This document shows positions 45,928 through 51,474 of a stretch of DNA of 51,474 nt, in pieces. Below the pieces are notes generated by a model, which saw only the letters and a program-made list of their open reading frames with translations, was not told where the DNA came from and made no database searches. The position numbers and the translations under genes were made by a program. Source of the stretch: Akkermansiaceae bacterium (GTDB taxonomy: Bacteria > Verrucomicrobiota > Verrucomicrobiia > Verrucomicrobiales > Akkermansiaceae); the NCBI GenBank assembly GCA_029252325.1, contig JAQXBQ010000260.1:1-51474 (forward strand). Direction: 5' to 3'. Every line of letters starts with the position of its first letter. Position 1 is the first letter of the stretch.

Positions 45928-48222
45928 TTAAGGGGCTATATTTAGCGTAATCGTCTGCTGCTGATTCCAAGGGCGTTTATTAATGTATACTTTATATAGG
46001 TTTTCACCAGCAGATTCGATTTTGGTGATCTCGCAGTTAGCGGCCTCGCCAAGCGTGAGTGGCTTGTCACTGTGAATGGTGAGATTTCCCTGCTGTGCTC
46101 CGGCCGGGTTGAGCTGGATGACCATCTTGCTTGCAGTGACACGGATATCCCCCACCTCAGTGGTTCCCATGGCGAGGTGCAGGTTCGAGCCCACCAGAGT
46201 CGGACCCGTCTCATTGAGTGGTGTGATTCGTACCATGGCAGATGAATATTTCTCCAGTGGCGTGGTGTTGTAAGAGCCCTCGGTGAAGGCGATCACTTTC
46301 TCCTCCCAGAAATCATAGACAGCGCACTCTTGAGCAATAGGTAATCCGGTGTGCTTGAAGTTCAGGTTGATGTGAGCTTTATCCTCCTTGGAGTTGTAGA
46401 GATTGTATACGGCAAAGTCGCCATAGGGGCGCTCAGCGGTGAAGCCGAAGATGGTGTTGTCCGCAGTCTGGCCCAAGCTCAGAAGGCGTGTATTCTCGGT
46501 GTGAGAGGGGCGTAGGATCTCGTAGTTGCGCCACATTTTGTCAACACCTGGGGCATCGAGAGGGTCACTCACCATGGAGGTGCCTCCTACCAGTGCCACT
46601 GCATTGTGCCAGGTGCGCCACATACCCTCGCCCTCAGGGGTGCCACCGAGTGAACGTGGTGTGCCATTGACCTTCGTGCCAGTTGCACTGACGTAAGCCA
46701 CATCAGGGTCATTCTGCCACCAGACGTTGTCGTAAATCTGAAAGCGCAGCACAGACTTGAGGCACTTACTGAAGTGGGCTGGGTGCGAGTCAGGACCAAC
46801 ACGGGCGGCATCAATGAAGCCGATCACCCCGCGGGTAGGCTGACCCAAGCAAGAGAGAATGTAAATATCCTCACCAGCGGCATCGCGGTAGAGGGTGTAG
46901 AGGTCACGGAAAACCTGTAGGCGGGTCTTGGTCGGGTCAACAAAGCGGGATCCAATACCGTTGAAGTCGATCTTGATGTAGCCGTAGCCACGCTCACGCG
47001 CGTCGGAGATGATCTTGTGCAGGTAGACTTTGGTCGCGGGGTGATCTGGGTTGACCCATTTCGCACCGGCGGGGTGGAAGGGGTTTGCATTCATAAAGCT
47101 AGCAATCCCTTTGGCATTGGTTTGAATCGCATCCGGATTCTCTTTGATCCATGGGTGCTCTGGGTTGATCATCAGCGGAGCGAACCAGACACCAGGAATA
47201 CAACCGGCATCACGGACTTGCTTGGCAACTGCTGCCATGCCATCAGGGAACTTTTTATTCGCGCTCCAGTCTCCGTCCATCTTTTGGTAACCGTCATCGA
47301 TCTGGATAATGCCCTTACCGAAGGTGTTTGGATTGTCGTTGATGGTTTTAGTGACATTGAGCACGTGCTCCGCGGTGATCTTGGTGGTGAGGTCATACCA
47401 GCTACACCAGCCGTAAACGGGACCACGGTGAATACGGGCTTTATGAGTGGTAGCAATCCAGCGTGTCCAGATGTCTGTGGCAGTGGCAGTAGGCTCAAAG
47501 CAGACAATCATCTCCTCAGAGCGGCGGCTCTCGCCAGCACGAACAAGCACTCGGTCCATCTGAGCGTATGCTTTAAGTTTCTGGTTTTTAACCTCAACAC
47601 GGCAGTGAGCCTCGGCAGGCCCCACAGGCCCAACTAGCAAACTGCGTCCGTCCTTGTGGGCAATGAGAACAACCTCGTTAAAACCACCATTGGTCTCGGC
47701 AAGAGAGAGAGCATCAGCGTCCTGCATCAGCGGGGTCACTAGCCACTTCGCAGAGTCCCCAGAGGCGAGAGTCTTGATATCACCAGCAGACTGATCGATC
47801 AGGTCGATGTGGTTCAAGTTAGTGTCTTTATCACTACGGTTGTGAAATACTCCTTGCACAGTAAATGCACGCAAGTTCTTGAGACGCTTCAAGGTCAGAG
47901 TGTATTGGTAAGGAGAAGCATCTTGGCCGTAGGTAGCTCGTGTTACTACGGCTTCGCCGAATGGAGTATCCGCCGTGCTAGTCTCCACCGTACCGATAAG
48001 CTTATTACCTTTGGTTCTGACCGCTTGGTTTTTACCATCGGCATTGAAAAAGGCAGAGGAAACTGCCTTGGACGGGGCAAAACCCGGCGCATTGATCATG
48101 ATTTCACCGGTTTCGGCCGAGAGGCTGACCCAGTCTTTAGCGGATTGTTGCGCGGAGGCGAATGGGCTGGAGTACGTCAAGGCGAAGACGGATAGCAATG
48201 AGAGAGTAAATCTTAATTTCAT
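45928..48222 (-). CDS. GH36/GH27-clan (alpha-galactosidase-like) glycoside hydrolase, secreted
   Basis: Start re-placed at MKLRFTL; GWCSWY, IIQIDDGYQ..GDW, KFPDGM, PGVWFAP, YIKIDF, RVGPD, WQNDPD. Confidence 0.85.
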   Translation of the reverse strand: MKLRFTLSLLSVFALTYSSPFASAQQSAKDWVSLSAETGEIMINAPGFAPSKAVSSAFFNADGKNQAVRTKGNKLIGTVETSTADTPFGEAVVTRATYGQDASPYQYTLTLKRLKNLRAFTVQGVFHNRSDKDTNLNHIDLIDQSAGDIKTLASGDSAKWLVTPLMQDADALSLAETNGGFNEVVLIAHKDGRSLLVGPVGPAEAHCRVEVKNQKLKAYAQMDRVLVRAGESRRSEEMIVCFEPTATATDIWTRWIATTHKARIHRGPVYGWCSWYDLTTKITAEHVLNVTKTINDNPNTFGKGIIQIDDGYQKMDGDWSANKKFPDGMAAVAKQVRDAGCIPGVWFAPLMINPEHPWIKENPDAIQTNAKGIASFMNANPFHPAGAKWVNPDHPATKVYLHKIISDARERGYGYIKIDFNGIGSRFVDPTKTRLQVFRDLYTLYRDAAGEDIYILSCLGQPTRGVIGFIDAARVGPDSHPAHFSKCLKSVLRFQIYDNVWWQNDPDVAYVSATGTKVNGTPRSLGGTPEGEGMWRTWHNAVALVGGTSMVSDPLDAPGVDKMWRNYEILRPSHTENTRLLSLGQTADNTIFGFTAERPYGDFAVYNLYNSKEDKAHINLNFKHTGLPIAQECAVYDFWEEKVIAFTEGSYNTTPLEKYSSAMVRITPLNETGPTLVGSNLHLAMGTTEVGDIRVTASKMVIQLNPAGAQQGNLTIHSDKPLTLGEAANCEITKIESAGENLYKVYINKRPWNQQQTITLNIAP

Positions 48223-48399
48223 GATAGTTGAGTGAAGTAGAGTTGGTAAGGCTGCTGGCAGTAAGTAACGCTTATCTGCCGACACTTGCACAAGTCCGTT
48301 ACTATACGCAAATCACTAGACTTGCCTATCCCCCAAAAAGGATTTTGTGCCATTTTTTTTGAGCAGATACTTACTGCAAAAAGAGCACAGATTCACAGC

Positions 48400-49095
48400 T
48401 CATGCTTGGCCGTAATAGGCACTATTACCATGTTTGCGCTCGTGATGCTTGCTGAGAATATGGGCAGGAATCGCAGCCGCCTCAGGGTTAAGCTGCCACG
48501 TCATCACGGCCATCCTGGCACACATCTCGAGGGCGATGCTGTTATCCAAAGCCGCTTGGGCAGACTTGCCCCAGGTGAAAGGGGCGTGATGCTTGAGTAA
48601 AATGGCGGGCATTTCCAGTGGGTTGAGGCCGAGCTCTTGAAAGCGCTCAACGATACTCACTCCGGTGGCGTGCTCGTAGTCCTCGGCTACTTCCTCAGCC
48701 CTCAAGGCACGTGCCACAGGCACCTCACCGTAAAAATGATCTGCATGGGTAGTGCCGAGGCAGGGCAGGCCTAACCCAGCCTGGGAGAATGCCGTGGCAG
48801 ACGGACTATGGGTGTGCACAACGGCTCCGATGTCGGTGAAATTGCGGTAAAGCTCAAGATGGGTCTTGGTATCGGAGGAGGGTCTGAGATCCCCATTCAC
48901 TACCTCACCCTCGAGATCAACCACGACCAGATGATTCACTGTCAGATCCTCATAAGCGACACCGCTCGGCTTGATGGCGACGAGGCCACTCTCACGGTCA
49001 ATGGCACTGACATTGCCCCAAGTGAGGGTAACCAGCCCGGAGCTGACCAGCGCCTTGTTGGCGTCCACGACTTGTTGTTTGAGCTCTTCGTTCAT
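48400..49095 (-). CDS. araD: L-ribulose-5-phosphate 4-epimerase
   Basis: LVTLTWGNVS.IDRESGLVAIKPSGV, PSSDT.TH..LY, VHTHS, GTTHADHFYG, H..RKHG..AYYGQ. Confidence 0.95.
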   Translation of the reverse strand: MNEELKQQVVDANKALVSSGLVTLTWGNVSAIDRESGLVAIKPSGVAYEDLTVNHLVVVDLEGEVVNGDLRPSSDTKTHLELYRNFTDIGAVVHTHSPSATAFSQAGLGLPCLGTTHADHFYGEVPVARALRAEEVAEDYEHATGVSIVERFQELGLNPLEMPAILLKHHAPFTWGKSAQAALDNSIALEMCARMAVMTWQLNPEAAAIPAHILSKHHERKHGNSAYYGQA

Positions 49096-49112
49096 GATGG
49101 TGTGTTTTGTTT

Positions 49113-50786
49113 TCAGCGCTGCTTTTGACGGATTTCAATCAAGTCTTTCATAACGTGTTCCAGTGAGCCTGACCATCCGGTTTTACCAAAGGCATCGTGC
49201 AGGGTTTTATAGAGCGCATAAAGCTCAGCGTAGACGATCTGGTTTTCAGGAATCGGTTGGTAGGTTGTGTCTGTGTAGCTGACCACACGCTGCTGCAGAT
49301 CAGCCAGACTTGCATGCCCCGCGGCCACAGCTCCGAACAATGCGGCACCAAGCGCGCAGGTTTGCTCGGACTTGGAAACCCGCATAGGACGCCCCAGCAC
49401 ATCGGCATAAATCTGCATCAGGGTCTCGTTCTTCAGCGAAAGCCCCCCGGTGTTGACCACCTCGTCGATCACCACCCCGTGCTCCTCCATGCGGTTAATA
49501 ATGGTGAGTGCCCCGAAGGCGGTCGCCTCAATGTAGGCACGGTAAATTTCATGAGCATGGGTGTGCAATGTCTGGCCGAGTAGCAGGCCAGAGAGCTGGA
49601 CATCGGTGAGGATCGTACGGTTGCCATTGTTCCAGTCGAGTGCCAGCAGGCCTGAGGCCCCCGGCGGCTGGTCTTTCATTTTTGCCTCCATAGCGGTGAA
49701 TTTCTCCCCCGCATCGGCACCGTAGCTATCAGGCACTAGGTTGTGAACGAGCCAGAGGAAAATATCCCCCACGGCAGACTGACCCGCCTCGACCCCGACC
49801 ATGCCAGGCACAACCGAGGAATCCACCTGGCCACACAAACCAGGCACATCATCAACAGCCTCGTCCGCCACGGTGATGTCACAAGTGGAGGTTCCCAAAA
49901 CCTTGACCAGCGTTCCTTTTTTCACCCCCGAACCCACCGCACCCATGTGGCAATCAAAGGCCCCCACGGCGATGGGGATACCCGCCGGCAGGCCAAGCTT
50001 CTCCGCCCATTCATCGCACAGTTCGCCAGCAGGGGTATCAGAGGCATGGGCCTCTTGATAAAGTCGACCACGCAAATCAGCGAGTGCAGGATCGAGCTGC
50101 GTAAGGAAGTCAACATCGGGCAAACCATCCCAATCCGCATTGAACATCGCCTTGTGCCCAGCGGAGCAAATAGAGCGCTTCAAGGTCAGTGGATCGGTAT
50201 TGCCTGCGAGTACTGCGGGCAACCAGTCACAGTGCTCGACAAAAGAATAGGCCGCGTCGAAGACTTCGAGGTCGGTGTTTTTTAGGTGCAGGATTTTTGA
50301 CCACCACCACTCGGAGGAATAAACGCCACCACATTTGGCGAGGTACTCGGGCCGGGTCTCGCGGGCGAGTTCCGTGATTTGCTCCGCCTCGTGGAAGGAA
50401 GTGTGATCCTTCCAGAGCCAGACCTGAGCATCGAGGTTCTCTGAGAAGCGCTCCTGCATGGCAAGGGGTGTGCCGTCTTGATCGACGGGGATCACCGTGG
50501 AACCGGTGGTATCAATGCCGATGCCGACGATGTCCGAGACGTCAAAAGCGCTGCCCGTCTGCTGCGCCTGGGCCATCGCCTCACGGATGATGCTCTCGCA
50601 ACCGTCAAGGTAATCCTGCGGGTTCTGGCGTGCCACGTGCGGATCACCCGGTTCTGTCAGGATTCCCTGCACACCAGAGGGATACGGAAAGACCGAACTG
50701 CCGAGCTCACGACCGTTTTCCAGATCTACGATCAGGGAACGGCAGGAGTTCGTGCCATAGTCGAGACCGATAGAGTAATTGGGCAT
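49113..50786 (-). CDS. araB: L-ribulokinase
   Basis: IGLDYGTNS.R, ARQ.P.DY, GIGIDTTGST, LWKDHT, GGVYSSEWWWSK, CSAGHKAM, EAGQSAVGD, LDW.NG.RT. Confidence 0.93.
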   Translation of the reverse strand: MPNYSIGLDYGTNSCRSLIVDLENGRELGSSVFPYPSGVQGILTEPGDPHVARQNPQDYLDGCESIIREAMAQAQQTGSAFDVSDIVGIGIDTTGSTVIPVDQDGTPLAMQERFSENLDAQVWLWKDHTSFHEAEQITELARETRPEYLAKCGGVYSSEWWWSKILHLKNTDLEVFDAAYSFVEHCDWLPAVLAGNTDPLTLKRSICSAGHKAMFNADWDGLPDVDFLTQLDPALADLRGRLYQEAHASDTPAGELCDEWAEKLGLPAGIPIAVGAFDCHMGAVGSGVKKGTLVKVLGTSTCDITVADEAVDDVPGLCGQVDSSVVPGMVGVEAGQSAVGDIFLWLVHNLVPDSYGADAGEKFTAMEAKMKDQPPGASGLLALDWNNGNRTILTDVQLSGLLLGQTLHTHAHEIYRAYIEATAFGALTIINRMEEHGVVIDEVVNTGGLSLKNETLMQIYADVLGRPMRVSKSEQTCALGAALFGAVAAGHASLADLQQRVVSYTDTTYQPIPENQIVYAELYALYKTLHDAFGKTGWSGSLEHVMKDLIEIRQKQR

Positions 50787-50789
50787 ATT

Positions 50790-50830
50790 GTTAGCGGTTA
50801 GCGGTTAGCGGTTAGCGATTGACGATTGAC
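50790..50830. repeat. heptamer tandem repeat GTTAGCG x4 followed by ATTGACG-like units
   Basis: Directly visible immediately upstream of the araB start. Confidence 0.88.
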
Positions 50831-50836
50831 TCCGGA

Positions 50837-51474
50837 CTACTCGCTACTCCCCCGCACAAACCCAATCACCCGCTTGTTGAAGTCCTCGAGGTTTTCCCAG
50901 TGAAAGGCGTGACCGGAATCCGGATAGAGGTGCATTTCGCTATTGGGAAGCTCGGCAACGATTTCCTCGGCCATCCAGCGCGGGGTGAAGATGTCCCCTT
51001 CCCCACCAATTACTAGGCAAGGCGCGTTGAGGTTTTTTAACTCGTCCAGCGTGTTGTGATTGATGCAGGCAGCCGCCTGACCATGCAGACCGTGGAGTGG
51101 TTGCGGGTTGGGGTCTTTCGAGGCATCTTGCCTGCCATCGAGCATGGACTGATACGTTTCCGGATCATCCCAACTACGCTTGTGAAAAATAAGGAGCTGG
51201 ATCCACTCCATGAAAGCCGCCGGCGTCAGGTGCGCCTTGGCCTGCTTCATGTGCTCGAAGGTTGACTTGGCATACTCATCACAACGCGCCCAAGAGCACA
51301 TCAGCACCAGACTTTGGACTTTCTCAGGATGGCGCAAAGCGAGCTGCTGGCCGATAATGCTCCCCATGGAGCAGCCAATCACATGTGCTTTTTCCATGCC
51401 AAGGCCATCCATCAGATTCGCGTAATCATCCGCCATCATCGCAGAGGAGTAATCCCCGGGCGGCTTGTCACTCT
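50837..51474 (-). CDS. alpha/beta fold hydrolase (enol-lactonase/RutD-like), 5' partial
   Basis: Frame stays open to the window end (SDKPPGDYSSAMMADD); GCSMG nucleophile, GEGD, SGHAFHWE. Confidence 0.85.
   Translation of the reverse strand, partial: SDKPPGDYSSAMMADDYANLMDGLGMEKAHVIGCSMGSIIGQQLALRHPEKVQSLVLMCSWARCDEYAKSTFEHMKQAKAHLTPAAFMEWIQLLIFHKRSWDDPETYQSMLDGRQDASKDPNPQPLHGLHGQAAACINHNTLDELKNLNAPCLVIGGEGDIFTPRWMAEEIVAELPNSEMHLYPDSGHAFHWENLEDFNKRVIGFVRGSSE

Overview
This window looks like a marine Verrucomicrobiales-type chromosome segment; the taxon is inferred from VPEPSSTALLGLGGLALMLRRKR PEP-CTERM tails and the DUF1501/PSD1, DUF1552 and DUF1080 families. From 0.2 to 30 kb lies a mostly + strand cluster for degrading sulfated, fucose-containing glycans. 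It encodes GH29 and GH95 fucosidases, three intact sulfatases (one fused to a GH43-like propeller), two sulfatase relics, an SSS transporter, a NahK/MdsC-like kinase, PhoD, an esterase, three DUF1080 domains and heme/propeller oxidoreductases. From 30 to 37 kb are a homocysteine S-methyltransferase, a YihY protein and a DUF1501/PSD1 pair. The 37.4-45.9 kb stretch is the most interesting part: two paralogous modules, each with a PEP-CTERM surface-protein gene transcribed divergently from a HisKA_3 sensor kinase carrying tandem discoidin/lectin-like periplasmic domains, plus a NarL-type regulator. Each PEP-CTERM promoter has its own 7-6-7 palindrome abutting a sigma70-like -35 box, and the two genes share a 54-bp identical 3' tail. 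A third PEP-CTERM gene sits behind an ECF sigma/FecR pair. From 46 to 51.5 kb are a GH36-like glycosidase, araD, araB and a partial alpha/beta hydrolase. No rRNA, tRNA, CRISPR array or transposase was seen. All family calls come from motif recognition by eye, not from database searches.
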